A stretch of 64,000 nt of DNA, taken from positions 248,001-312,000 of the forward strand of contig OZ361261.1 in the NCBI GenBank assembly GCA_977018835.1, given 5' to 3'. How positions within the stretch are numbered: position 1 is the first letter of the stretch; each line of letters begins with the position of its first letter. The notes beneath the pieces were generated by a model. It did not search any database and was not told the origin of the DNA. It saw nothing but the letters and a program-made list of their open reading frames with translations. The translations under genes and the position numbers were made by a program. The DNA comes from Minutocellus sp. GHC0000111. Taxonomy: Eukaryota. Positions 1 through 12,400 of the stretch are shown here, piece by piece.

Positions 1-469
1 GGTCCGAGAACTACTCCGTATCCTTCGCGACTATGACGAGAAGGCAGAGGCCGAACGAGAAGCCGCTGAGTTGGAGCGCCGGCGGAATATGACTGACGAG
101 GAACGCCTCCAGGAGGACATTGTGTCCGGCCGGTATCGCAAGCCTGGCGAACAGCGAAGGAAGAAGGTCGATGGTGACGGTGGTGATGGCAAGAGCAAAG
201 AAGGCATGCGGTACTACCATCGTGGAGCATTTTACATGGACGAAGACACTCTCCAAGAGGCTGGAAGCGATGATGTCCGTCATAAGGCGGCTGATTATGC
301 CCGCGCAGCAACTGGGGACGAGATATTCGACAGAACCAAGATGCCGGATATTATGCGAGTGAAGAAGTTTGGGTTCGCTGGCCAGACGCGTTACAAAGGC
401 CTGGCTAAGGAAGATACTACTGATAGGAGCCGAGATTACTTGCCTCTGAATCGAGGAAGACAGAAATAG
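1..469 (+). CDS. MFAP1: MFAP1/Spp381-like splicing factor, C-terminal part (5' end outside window)
   Basis: ERRRNMTDEERL, MRYYHRGAFYMD, FDRTKMPDIMRVKKFGFAGQTRYKGLAKEDTT match the MFAP1 C-terminal signature. Confidence 0.85.
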   Translation, partial: VRELLRILRDYDEKAEAEREAAELERRRNMTDEERLQEDIVSGRYRKPGEQRRKKVDGDGGDGKSKEGMRYYHRGAFYMDEDTLQEAGSDDVRHKAADYARAATGDEIFDRTKMPDIMRVKKFGFAGQTRYKGLAKEDTTDRSRDYLPLNRGRQK

Positions 470-650
470 TACGTCGAATCGATTCTCTCTAATTTATGCA
501 TCTAACATTTGAACAATTAACACCGCGACCCACTTACAGTATATATACAGTAATCTAATGAAACAGATTATGAAAATAAATCAGGTGAAACATTTCTTTG
601 ATGCACGGAAGATGGGCTCTACAGCTGACTTACTGGGCAAGAAGGATTTT

Positions 651-1661
651 TCAATTGGTGGGAGAGGCAGCTGCGTCCGCGAATCGGAGTCTTCGTGCCG
701 CAATCTTTGTCACGATCCCATCATACTCTATGTAGCAAAATCGCGGCAGACCAAATCGTCGACTATACACAAGTCTGTAGTGACCCAACTTGGAGGGATC
801 ACCTCGAGCGTCTTGGAGGATTTCTTGTATGCGATTGACAAGGTTGGTCGCAGATTCATGGCCAGCAGGTCGGGTCACGTCCACGTCGCTGACCCGTACT
901 CTCGTATACGTAATATCTTGGAAGGTGGCGCCATCTTCCAAGGTACGCTGTGATCCTCGAAGTCCACGTCGTTGAATTCGATATTCTTCGAGAAAGTACT
1001 CGAAGCTGTAGCCTCTGTTTTTGGTGAATCTCTCGAGTTTTTTTTTGTTCCTTCGTAGCTTGAAATTTTCCCTATAGACCTTCAATCGCAGTAAGGAAGG
1101 GGCGCGGGCATCATTTGGATTGCCGCCGACCAAGGCTGGGCCCTCGTCAGAATCTTCGGAACTCTGGCTGCATCCAGGTCCTTGCGGTGTTCCCCAGCTC
1201 CACGTCGTGGTGCTGCACCCATCGTCGCCCTGTTGTGGAGTACCACTACTATTGGGATTGCCACCCACTAGCTCAGGCCCAGATCCATTAACATTGACAG
1301 TTTCTTCACTACCGCTTGCATGGTTGAACGCCCCTTGGCACCGCAGTGGGACAGGTATTCCTGGCACTCGTTCGTCGCAATCATCCTCGTCGCTTGGGCT
1401 GTCGATACCACCGCCAGCGGGGTCACGCCCAGCAATTAGTTCTGGGCCACCGTCGCTACTATTTCCGCTCTCACTCTCTTCGAGGCAATCTGAATTGGGC
1501 GTGCCTCTGATGGCAGAACAATCTTTTTGAGCGCTGGGCCCAAATTGGAGATGGCGGATAGAAAGCGCCTTTTGCACGATACCGTCGTTCCCATGGTGAA
1601 AATCACCAACGGCGACGATCGCGGCTGTCACGCATATGGCTACAATTGCTGTTATTCGCAT
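651..1661 (-). CDS. Secreted hypothetical protein with three GP(E/A)L(I/V)xGxxP repeats and a basic C-terminal domain
   Basis: 336 aa ORF with N-terminal signal peptide, RHL (RxL) motif and repeats GPELIAGRDP, GPELVGGNP, GPALVGGNP. Confidence 0.65.
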   Translation of the reverse strand: MRITAIVAICVTAAIVAVGDFHHGNDGIVQKALSIRHLQFGPSAQKDCSAIRGTPNSDCLEESESGNSSDGGPELIAGRDPAGGGIDSPSDEDDCDERVPGIPVPLRCQGAFNHASGSEETVNVNGSGPELVGGNPNSSGTPQQGDDGCSTTTWSWGTPQGPGCSQSSEDSDEGPALVGGNPNDARAPSLLRLKVYRENFKLRRNKKKLERFTKNRGYSFEYFLEEYRIQRRGLRGSQRTLEDGATFQDITYTRVRVSDVDVTRPAGHESATNLVNRIQEILQDARGDPSKLGHYRLVYSRRFGLPRFCYIEYDGIVTKIAARRLRFADAAASPTN

Positions 1662-1958
1662 GTGCTCGTAGATCTAAATCTAGCTAGCTACGTTGTTTGG
1701 TGGATAGGTCAATTTGTCGATAGGTTCGCTGAAGTAGAAAGATGGTACCTAGGTAAGGCTTCTTCGAATGAATCAATCGTTCGTGCCTTGGGGAGCTTCA
1801 TCGAACGGTGGAAAGATGATTGCCTGTCAGTCATCCTCGCCCTTTGAGAGTTCTCGTTGATGAGGGTGTCGCTGCACTTGTGCTGCTTCGCCCTCCTTTT
1901 TCGCGAAGAATCGGCATCACAATGCATGTAGATCTATGCAGCACGGTACATGTTTATA

Positions 1959-2371
1959 GAGGAGTTGCCAAAATAAGGCGGAAGTTGAGGTGATGTTGGT
2001 TTTCGATGACTAAAAGTAAATGAAACCGGCTAGTGCTCTTGTAAATTGAAGTGCTAGGTGTGGTAACTGCCTCCAAAAATCGGGAGTCGCTCATTTTGAC
2101 GAGAAGGTGCCAAGCAGAGGGAAAAGAAATTTCGAGGCTCCGCCTCGAGCTCTGACCGAGTGACGAAATAAGGCGGCTAACAAACTACTAGTAAATGGGC
2201 TTGGTCCCGTCAAAAAATATATTGGTCCCGCCTCCCTCGAAGGGGGGCAGATGGGCGTTTTGGTAGTGGTTACCTACTAGTAGCGCTAGCTTCTACTGGC
2301 TGCAGTCAGGGTTGGCGGATGACAAGTAGCTCCGCCTTATAAAGTGCACCGCCTTATTTTGGCAGCTCCTC
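1959..2371. mobile_element. MITE with 23 bp TIRs and TA target-site duplication
   Basis: TA|gaggagttgccaaaataaggcgg at 1959 and ccgccttattttggcagctcctc|TA ending at 2371 (1 mismatch). Internal copies of aaataaggcgg near 2166 and inverted near 2332. No ORF. Confidence 0.85.
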
Positions 2372-2527
2372 TACCGGTACATAACACAATTGATCGATCT
2401 GTTACTAATTATACGTGCACAGGAATCTCTGTACTTTTACCGGTACGAGGTCAGTTGTCTTTTCCTCGCCTCGCCTCATTCATCATTATTGCATTTTTCT
2501 TCTTGGGAATGTGTTACATTTTACTCG

Positions 2528-3771
2528 TCAAACCTGAACTGCATTGGCGGTGCGGCCTCTCTTGGATTGGTGCTCGCCATCATCTCCAGCTTCGTCGAGC
2601 ACAGGGAGATCGACCGCCTCGACAGTTTCGGCGGCAATCTGGGCGGCTGTGGCCTCGGCTTCGTCGCCGGTGATGGGGTTGGGAGTGAGGTCGTCTCCAC
2701 CCAGGACTGGAGGCATGCCGTCTGCCTTCCTCTTGGCGCCGGCAGCCTTGACAGGAGGTTCGCCCTGGCCCGTCATCTTCTGCCATTTCTTGAAGCAGCT
2801 CAGGCGGGATCTGTTGCCCATCTTCTTGCTGATGGCCGACCACGGGATGGTGAGTCCCTGCTCCTCGACCATCTTGGCAAGCTCGGACATCTCGACATCG
2901 TTACCGACCTTGAGATGCTCCCGGATCAAGCTTTTGAGAATCTCCGTCTCGTTTTCCTTCCAGCGACCCTTGACGTAGTCGGCGTTGATTTCGCGGTACT
3001 TGTCGCGGCACGAGTCTGCGGAACGGTTGATCAATTTCTATGAAGTTATATCGAGAAGAGGGTAAAGTCATTGTATCGAAGAACGTGAGAAATTGTGTGT
3101 TATGAACAATTGATTGCAATGCATGATTAATTCCGATGCCACCAAAAATTTCAATTAGAGAAAGGCAATCAGATGTTTGAAGCCACATATCTACATATCT
3201 CTAAGCATACTAGTACTAGTACACGTACCTGAAGTCCGGACCACTTCTTGCCGTGCTCGTTGACATAATCGAGCAAAGCACGGACCTCGTCCTCGGCCCA
3301 CACGCCACGCTTGAAGGGATTCATCTGCCGAAGGCCGTGGCGGTAGACGCTCTGGACCGTGCGGTGGGGCAGGGCGCGGGCGATCTCCATCCACGCCCCC
3401 TTGCACTCCTGCTTGTGGTCGATCTGCTCGCTGCACAGGTGGCCGGGGGTGATGTTGTGCGCCTCGCAGTATTCGGTGATGGCCCGGCGGACCGTCTCGG
3501 TCTCGTTATTGCTGAACTTGCCCGACGCCAGCGATTCCGGGGCCAGCCCGTCGCAGTTCTTGGCCCAGCGGTTGCTATCGGTACCCCCGGCGGCGGCCGC
3601 CGCGGCGGCAACGGCATCGGGATCCGTCTCACCGGCGTACTGATGGTGGTGATAGGCGGCGCCGGCGGTATCCTCGGGGTGGTCGTGGCCCATGGCCGCG
3701 GCGGCGGCCGCAGCGGCGGCGACCGCCTCGGTCGCCTCGTCTCCGGCGGGAACATAAGCTTCGTCCGACAT
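2528..3771 (-). CDS. Myb/SANT-repeat DNA-binding protein (Reb1/TTF1/DMTF1-like); 2 exons, intron 3038-3228
   Basis: Myb repeats GAWMEIARALPHRTVQSVY, RGVWAEDE..HGKKW, NRSADSCRDKY, GRWKENE, IPWSAISKKMGNRSRLSCFKKW. The cag|gtacgt donor and catag| acceptor join in frame. Confidence 0.85.
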
Positions 3772-4039
3772 GATGATGATGGTGTGTGGGTGCTGCTGCT
3801 GCTGCTGCTGCTGTAACCGGTATCAGGTGGTATCCGATCCGATGGTTTTGATTTGAATCAAGCCGGGTTACAACTCAGCACGAGATGTGCTTGTTTTGCT
3901 TTTGACTGTTTGATGTTGGCTCCGGGTCGCTCCATCGTTGCCTCGCCTCGCCTCGGCCTCTGCGTTGGTTGTTTCCGGGTGCGGCGAGATGCCGGCCGGC
4001 CGGCCGGCGCCGATGAAAATCGACAGACGCATCGAATCA

Positions 4040-4300
4040 TCGTCAATCCGAAAGTCAGATTTGAGCAAGGCGATGTCGAGGTTAAACCGTCGACGCGTTC
4101 CTTCAACGCAGTTATGCTGGCATGGAAAAACTCTGAAGATTCTACAGCACCAAAACGAGCCGAGGCCGTTCTCAAGCGAATGAATGAAATGTATACGCAG
4201 AGCGGTGATGAGTCTCTAAAGCCGGACATCGTTACAATCAATGCTCTGATTGGAGCTTGGGCCAACCAAAACACCGTCAAGGCTGCAGAAATCATTGGTT
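4040..4300 (+). pseudogene. Pentatricopeptide-repeat (PPR) gene fragment
   Basis: KPSTRSFNAVMLAW..APKRAEAVLKRM and KPDIVTINALIGAWA are PPR motifs. Only ~2 repeats, with no credible start or continuation. Confidence 0.65.
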
Positions 4301-4637
4301 GTAGAACTTCATTCAGTGTCAGATCACACAAGTACCTTCTTTGCACAGCGAGTTGAAATATCCAGCACTATCATCGTCGATAATAATTCAGCGTGGTTTT
4401 TGTGGGCCTTTCACTTTCTCTGCTACTTCGGGATTTCTGCGTCTCTGCGCTTGACTTCACCGACAGCCGACAGCACGCAATACTGCATGGAACCAAAGGC
4501 GGGATCCAGCTTCATCAAACGAGGGAGGAAGCGAAGGAGATTCTTACTTCTTCGTAGCTTATTATCGGCCGGTCGCATCTCTTATCCTTTCCCGCTCCGA
4601 GATAGATCTGTTGACCACCGGTTCGGATCGGGCTTAC

Positions 4638-7024
4638 ATGTTTGGATTTGCCGAGTCATCAAACGAATGGATTGAATTCGTCCGTGATTTTTACTGCACA
4701 CACAATACCTTTTGAACCGCACCATGAACGTCTCCGACCTCATCATTACCATTGCGTACTTCAGCATCCCGGTCCAGATCCTGGTCTCGTTGTGGCAGTA
4801 TCCTCGCCTGTCACGGATGCCCACCAAGATCTTCATCCTTGTGATCTTGTTTGCGCTCTTCATCTTCATGTGCGGCGCCGGACATTTGCTAAGATGCCTC
4901 GATCGAACAGACAGCGACGCCTTCGTCGTGGTCAATGCGATGACGGCGGTCGTTTCTCTCGTCACAGCTCTCTACCTGCTCCCGCTAACGCCGATGCTCA
5001 TGGGCAGCCTCGATCAGAGCATCGAAGATCTGACAATATTGAAAAAGGAAACCAACGCGTCGAAGGACAAGCTCTTCACCTTCATGGCCTTCCTGTGTCA
5101 CGAGATCCGCAATCCCCTCTTCGCCATCACATCATCGGCCAGTTTCCTCGCCGATACCGATATGACAGAGGAGCAGGAGATTGGCGTGGGCAGCATCTTC
5201 GATAGCTCCCTCCTTATGCTCCGACTCGTCAACGATGTGCTGGATCTGTCGAAGATCGATGCGGGCAAACTCGAGCTGGAAGAGAAGGACTTCGATCTGC
5301 TCCGCCTCCTGGACAATCTCAAGAACACCATGAAGATGCAGGTCGCACAGAAGCACGGCGAAGAGGTCAGTCTTCGATTCGACGTTGCTCCCAGCGTCCC
5401 AGCCGTTGTCCATGGAGACTCCGTCCGTCTTCTTCAGATCATCTACAATCTCATTTCCAATTCAAACAAGTTCACAAACGAAGGTGAGATCGGCCTGGCC
5501 ATATCTGTCACTGAAGAACTCGACCCAAATGACGAGGAGGAGGGCGAAGGCAATGCGAATAGAAGACAACAGCTGGACTCTTCCCGAGGTAGCAGTTTGA
5601 GGCAGCTGCTCGGTTCTTCTCAAGGTAACAGTTCGAGGAATGTCCACGATTCTTCTCAACGCAGCAACCGTCGAACCCAAAAGCACTCTCATCGGATAAG
5701 TTGGCTCAAGAGGCGGAACAGCACCGAAAATGCAGTCGTAGACGACAGCAACGCCAACAACGGGGACAACACCTTCTCCATGGCCCTTCTCGCTGCAGAG
5801 GAAGGCCATCACGACGATTCCGAGAGCGGTACCTCCCGATATCGTCGAGTGCTGCTATCAATCGTTGTGACCGACACCGGTATTGGGATCGCCCCGGACC
5901 GCATCGAGAAGATCTTTGAGCCATATTCCCAGTCCAAATTGAGTGACTACCGCAAGCATGGTGGCACTGGCCTTGGTTTGTCCATTCTAAGTTCTCTCAC
6001 CAAACTGATGGGGGGGCACATCCACGTGGAGAGCGAGCTTGGAAAGGGAACCACGATTACATGTTCACTTCCGATTATGGCTCTCAGGGAGGAGAGCAAT
6101 GTTGGTAGGATTATTCCCTCTGACATTGACATGAGCGATCCTTTTCTGTCCGCTCGGCGCCTTCCAGTATTCACCAACAAGTCGTCATCCAAGGGACATC
6201 ACAAATCTGTTTCCACATCAGTACACGAAGATAGGTTACATCATGACGATGCGGGAATTAAATTTTTCTCGCCCAGTGAAAAGAAGGACACAGTCTCTAC
6301 TAGTACAATTCCAGAAGGAGGCTTGGGCATTGCCGCCGAAACAACGAAACCGGAACTATCTGGTACACAACAAACACCTTCATCACCCAAGGCAGCAGCG
6401 GCCATCTCCTCGGTGTCGTCAGGTGCCAGAGCAGTCATTAAGAAGCCGCCGCGTCTACCCCCCTTCAATTTACCTCCAGGCAACCTCGTTTTGGTCGTTG
6501 ACGACAATTCAATCAATCGCAAAATTATCGGCAGGATGCTTACCTACTTCAACTTGGAGTACGACGAAGCGGAGAATGGCGTCGAAGCTCTCAAGTTGTT
6601 ACGAAAACGGCGTGACGAACAGAAGGAGTCGTCCTCGGCATCCCGCTATGGCCTAGTCTTCATGGATCTTTCCATGCCGGTCATGGACGGGTACGATGCT
6701 ATAGAGGCCCTTCGGCAAGATGACATAGATGTTCCCGTCATCGCTCTCACTGCCAATGCACTGACTCGAGAGCGAGACCGTGCGCTATCCCTCGGTGCCG
6801 ATGAATTTCACACCAAGCCAATATTGCGAAACGATCTGCACACCATTTGTGCAAGGTACCTCGACAAGGACTACAGGAGCGATAGCTCGACGCCGGACGC
6901 TCTTGAGACTGATTCCAGTAGCGAAACTGATGCCAAGGGCGAAAAAAATTTGAACTCCCTTGGTGAATCATATCGAGAAGGATTGTCGCTGTTGCAACGT
7001 CATGAATCCGCAGTAAAGCAGTAA
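4638..7024 (+). CDS. Ethylene-receptor-like hybrid histidine kinase (3-TM ethylene-binding-type domain, HisKA, HATPase, receiver)
   Basis: SDLIITIAYFSIP, FIFMCGAGH and TAVVSLVTAL parallel ETR1 helices I-III. Kinase boxes CHEIRNPL, NLISNSNKFT, DTGIGI, GGTGLGL; receiver VVDDN..FMDLSMPVMDG..TKP. First in-frame ATG is 4724; ATG 4638 joins if one T is added at the 4710-4713 T run. Confidence 0.9.
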
Positions 7025-7572
7025 GGTCAAAGAAAGAGACTTCTAGCTAGCTAGCGAGGAGGTGACTCTCACATTGGGTATTCGGCTATGTATCAATGAA
7101 ATTATGTATTATCCATGTCCAATTCGCTGTTACCGGTGCATGTAAGCTAATATCAATAAATTACACATGTAGATCTAGTAGGCATTCCATTTTATTTCGG
7201 CTCAGCTCATCTGCCCCGTTACCGGTACACACATGTATCCGGCCCTTGTCCGGCCTCTTCTCGGTTGGGCATGGTGTTTAAAAATACATGTATGTGTTCA
7301 CCGATACACGTAGATCTACCGACGGTACCGACCCGAATCAATCCAGTGATTGGTCAAGTAGTGGTCAGGGACGTCAGGGGGGGCGGGCATAGATCTACAG
7401 ACTTTGTAGAGTCTACTACCTCTCGTTGCTTTGGACTTGCTTTGGAAGCCGATATTCTCCGGGTTACATAAAAGCGCAATGGCGCCCGCGTTGAATTTCA
7501 GGAGGTGTGCGGCAGGGGAAGCCATTTATTACTGAAGAGACCAACTCTAAGCATAAGCTGGCACAAATAGCA

Positions 7573-8082
7573 ATGGCACGTTCAAGGAACAGCGGTGGAG
7601 GTCGCAAGAGTGGCGGCGGCGGTGGTGGAAGTGCCAAGAAGAAGACCCCTGCCAAGGCTGGAAACCGCGGGAGACAGGCCAAGGGCGGCACGCCCAAATC
7701 TGGCGGCGGCGGCGGCGGAGGCCGGGCCCGCTCCCGCTCCCGTGGTACCCCCAACCGTGGCGGTGGCCGTCCGCAGCAGAAGGGTGGTCGTGGATCTGGC
7801 CGCGGCGGCGGCAGAGGCGGTCGCGGCGGACGAGGAGGCCGGGGCGGACGCTGTCCCCGCCGTGAAGAGCGCAAGCCGGCCACCGCCGAGGAGCTCGACG
7901 CTGCCATGGACGACTACTGGCTGAAGTCGGAGAACAAGGAAGTTGCCGCCAAGAAGCTCGACGAGGAGATGGACGCCTACTGGGAGAAGAAGGGAGAGGC
8001 CGAGGAGGCCGAAGGTGAGGGTGGTGAGGAGGCAGCTGCCGAAGCCGGCGCTGGCGATGAAGAAGCCAAGGCCGAGGAGTAG
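7573..8082 (+). CDS. RGG-rich CHTOP/FoP-like mRNA export factor
   Basis: RGG tract followed by the duplicated UAP56-binding-type motifs TAEELDAAMDDY and KKLDEEMDAY. Confidence 0.8.
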   Translation: MARSRNSGGGRKSGGGGGGSAKKKTPAKAGNRGRQAKGGTPKSGGGGGGGRARSRSRGTPNRGGGRPQQKGGRGSGRGGGRGGRGGRGGRGGRCPRREERKPATAEELDAAMDDYWLKSENKEVAAKKLDEEMDAYWEKKGEAEEAEGEGGEEAAAEAGAGDEEAKAEE

Positions 8083-8499
8083 ACGGAATCTGTCAATGTC
8101 ATTTGACTGATCGATTGATCATCAACTCTTGAGTGTATCGGATATCAAATGATATCTTTGCATTGATATTGGAAAGGAATTTGGCGTCGTGCCCCGCACT
8201 TCGTATTGGAAAATAAAGACAATGTTTCTTTCAGCCTCGAGTGCATGCTCTTTCAAAACATACGATGCGATCTTCTTACTCCTCTTGCTAGTGTGCCCCT
8301 CAGCATTAACGTGTACCGGTACTTTCAACATTATTTGGCTTGGGCTTGCCTTTCAAACTAATTTAAACTAAGGGAAGCAATCGACATGGGTTATCTATAT
8401 GTTTTGCGTTGGTTTATAGTTGCTACTAAGGCAAGTTATCTTTGCGTACATAGTTGTTTATTAATAAAATTATAGCAATATGGCATAGCAGCTTGCAAG

Positions 8500-9159
8500 C
8501 TAACGTCGGCCCCGACTTCGTCCTCGTCCTCCTCGGCCACCTCGGCCACTGCTCCAGCGCCCCCCTCTTCCGCTCCCCCTCCCCAGCACCACGGGTTTGA
8601 GCCCAGTTACCACCTCGGCCTCCAGAGCGGCCACCACACTCTCGGCAGCAATAATGGCCTTGGTATCGCCCCGCCGCTTGGCGTCCTCGAGATCCTTCTG
8701 GGCCTTTTCCAGCCGCTCCTTCTTGGAAGATGCAACTCCCTCGGCCTCCTTGGCGACCGCCTCCTCGACGCAGGAGCGACACCGTGCCTTCCCCGGTGGC
8801 TTGGAGAGTTGATTGCGATTGTACGACGACGGTGGGAGGGATTTGGAGCAGGCGGCACAGGTTACCGGTGCGTCACCATCATTCTTGGCGGCACCGGCAC
8901 TACTGCCAACACCTGCACCTGCACCAGCAGCCTAGGCCTTGGCCTCGGCCCGATCCTGCGCCGCCTTGCGCTTGGCGGCCTCGGCGGCCGCCACGCACTG
9001 CTTGCATTTCAGAGCCTTTCCGTCCCGTCGGTATTTTTCCAGGGCCTTTTTCGAGAACTCTTCACCGACCAACCGCTTGCGCTTGCAAGGGCCGGTGCAA
9101 TCGAAATTGCCGCTCCATTGCGACGACGACGTGATGTTGACGGGCCGGGACGGAGGCAT
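8500..9159 (-). CDS. Protein with two Stc1-like C4 zinc fingers, a coiled coil and a probable RGG tail (in-frame TAG at 8932-8934; probable frameshift near 8570)
   Basis: CTGPC..FSKKAL..CKQC, then after the TAG in the same frame CAACSK..YNRNQL..CRSC. An alternative frame gives GRGGRGGRGRSRGRR ending at 8500. Confidence 0.6.
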
Positions 9160-9449
9160 CGTGACTCTATATATATATATTACAACGTTTCACAGCCTTT
9201 TCTTCTTATCAGTCAATTTGCTCGCTCGGCTCTCTTGCTGTTATGTTGCAATTAGAACGTTCACTCTTCGCAATACGATGATGTTGCAATGTGAATCTGA
9301 CGATGCCTTGTTTGACGAAGGACAGACCATTTTGGCCAACAGCAAGCAAGCAAGCAAGCAACACATCTTGTGCTCATTTTGGGATACGGCCCAGATACGC
9401 CGCCGTTCCCCTCTGATTAGGAGGATCTCACCCACTCATCACCCCAGCC

Positions 9450-12400
9450 ATGCTGCAGTTCACACCCCTGTGGACGCGTAATGGCGGCGGCAATGGTAGA
9501 TCCAGCAGCGACGGCCATGGCAAACGTCAGACTGTAGCTGCAACTGCAACTGCATCGGCGGCACAACCCGGCGGAACGTACCGGACCCTCCAGAGGATCG
9601 TTACGGCCCACCCCCTCTCGGGCTGCGGCAACGCCGGCACCGGCGGCGGCGGCAGCGTCCACGACGACGTCCTCGGCGGCCCGTCGCCCCTCCCGGTGGG
9701 AGAAATCACCACCACCGTGGAGGAGTACTATCCCAGCGGCACGGCCCCAGGAGGGCCGTCGCCTCGCTCCGTTGCAACGGCCGCTTCGTCGGGTCAGCCG
9801 CTGCAAGATGCGGCAGCTGGGACGCACCCCCCTTTGTACCGGAGGGTGGCCATCCGTCGGGGTGCCGGTCATGTCCACGGCGATGGTAGCGGTAGCGGCA
9901 GTGGTAGCGGTAGTAGCGATGGTAACAACAATGACAACATTGCAGACGTCGTGAACGATCTCATGGCCGGTAACAGCAACAATCCCTCCACGCTCGATGC
10001 CAGCTACGAGCTCCCCGTCCTTCCCCTGGGGACCGTTCGAAAGAGGCAGCCACAGCAGAGCCAAGATGGGGTCAACAATGATGGGAATGCCAGCTGTGAT
10101 GGCGACGGGGTGTACGCCGACCCCATCGTTTGCTGGGCGGCCTTCGGGTCGAGACGGAGGAAGCAGCTTTGCGTTCTGGCCGGTCCGTCCCTCCTGCGCA
10201 TCTTTGACGTGTACCCGTCCCCTGGGTGCGGCAGCGGCAGAGGTGGAAACGCCAGCAGGATGACTTCTGATGATGACGAACATGACCACACTACCGGCAA
10301 TGATGTATTCGATGATGATGATGATGGCAGCGATGACGACGTGGCCGGTGCCGGAGGTGGGGAGGGACATTCCGTCACCCTCCCCTTTGAGTGTGCCGGG
10401 ATCTACCCCATGCCCGACGAGGTCGGCGGACTTCTCCTTCAGCGGGCGGCCGAGGCCGAAGAACGGCTGCAGCAGGAGGAGGTGCGGAGGCTGTACTTTG
10501 CCGACAATGCTGCCGTGGGCGGCGGTGATGGCGTTGGTGGAGAAGGACGAGGACTAACCCTCCTGGATCGGCAGCTCAGTCAGGAGGAGTCCAGCCAGGA
10601 GAGCGGCAGTTTGGCCGAGGCCCTTCGTCGTCCTCCGCGGGCGGTGCGGGTGGAGGGGGGCCTGACCGACGTCCTCATGGGGGATGGGGATGGCGATGGT
10701 GATGGCGACGATACCATTGACGATTCGCTGTCCGACGTTGCCGCCAGGGCCGGTGACGCAGCGGCCATTGCGGCGGCAGCAGCTGCTGTGGCAGGAGGTA
10801 GTGGTCTTGTCATCGATGGGATCGGCGTTGGCGGGACCCTGACCGGAACAGTGGGCAGTGCCGGCTTCTGCGGCATCGGTGGAGGCGTTCCTTCCATCTT
10901 CTCCCTGCTCCACCCGCTTGACGAGGTTCGTCCAGTGGCCCTGGTCCCACCCTTTTCTAATCCCTTTGATTCAAATATTGACAATGCAACAACCAAGAGC
11001 GGAGACGCCAATGATATGATGACGGATGGTGATGCATGCGCCAAGTTAGGCTCAAATCACGGTGATATTGTCGGTGCCTTCTCCGATGTCAATGAAAGGC
11101 TCATGTTTGTTGGCAGACCTAGGAATCTAAGTTCCTTGCCGAGCTCTTCTTCGTCTCGAGATCGTGTCGATAGCACCATCCTCGTGACCTATCACACCCA
11201 CCGGCGTCGTCACGCAGTTTGGGCCGTCGGTGCCGCTCCTCCGCCTCCTGATGTTCTGCCTTTGTGGAAGCGGACGGCTGCCTCACGACGTCGAGCTGCC
11301 CAGGCAGGTGGTCCTGCCGCACGTCGGATCGATGCCATTGCCGTGGATGATGGCGAAGGGGCTGGAGGCGGAGGCATCGATGGTGCTTCACAGCCACCTG
11401 CCTCGACCGCAGAGGAGGGCTGGGTCTTGCTAGATGATGGGACGTCACTAAGTCGCGTTGGTCGACAGGCAATGGTATCCCCTCGACAGCCACTTCCTCC
11501 GGCATTTGGTGAATTGCATCCCACCTGGACTCTTTCTCTTCTCTACGAGGAGGAAATGGAGGGACGCGGTGGGCACGATGGTGAGGCCAGCGACGCTTTT
11601 AGGTTTGCATGGCGTCGTTTCTTTCTTTCGACTACTGCAGAAGGGAGTGCGGACTCCATCCTTTGTTGGGTCCAAAGAAATCGCAAGGGGCCGAAGCATG
11701 GCAACCGCTCCATTCTTCGCCGATTGAACCTTGCACGATTCCAGAATCAGGGCCGCAGTTCGGATCACCCACTGCTTCTCCCCGATCTTCCCTGTGAAGA
11801 TGCTGCACCAATTTTATCCAGCCCCATACCAGATCCTATCTACAGTCCTGGCAGCAAGGCAAGAGCAGGAATTCACCAGACATCTCCGCCGAGAGCGATC
11901 GACTCTCGTTTACTCTGTTGACACTGGGTCACCTGCATTTCCAACATCATCGAGCGCCAATTTCACCCTGTACCGAGGAGATATTGAGATATCAGAATGT
12001 TCCGACGGCAATTGCTACGGAGACGACAAGTTGCCAATCGGAATACAAATCTTCGATCCTTTATGTGACAGAGTATCATTCCAGTTCCCTTCGTCCTCGA
12101 CTGGTCAAGGAGGAAAATGTGTCCGAGCTTCCTTGGGAATGGTCATGACAAGCTCAATAGCTGAAGCGACTCTGGGAGCGACTGAAGCCAGCCTTACCAT
12201 GGCGTTGGTCGCACCCACAATATCTGCAACCATTGAAGCGAGGACTGTCGCAGGTATAGTTCTTGCCATTCGCACCGACTGCATTCGTCTGGCTCAGCAA
12301 AGCAGCTTTGCGGGCGGAATGGCGATGGTGGAAGATTTGGAGTGGCTTGCCCTTACAACGATATTGTCAGTACTATTCGATGAACTTGGCCGTTCTTGTG

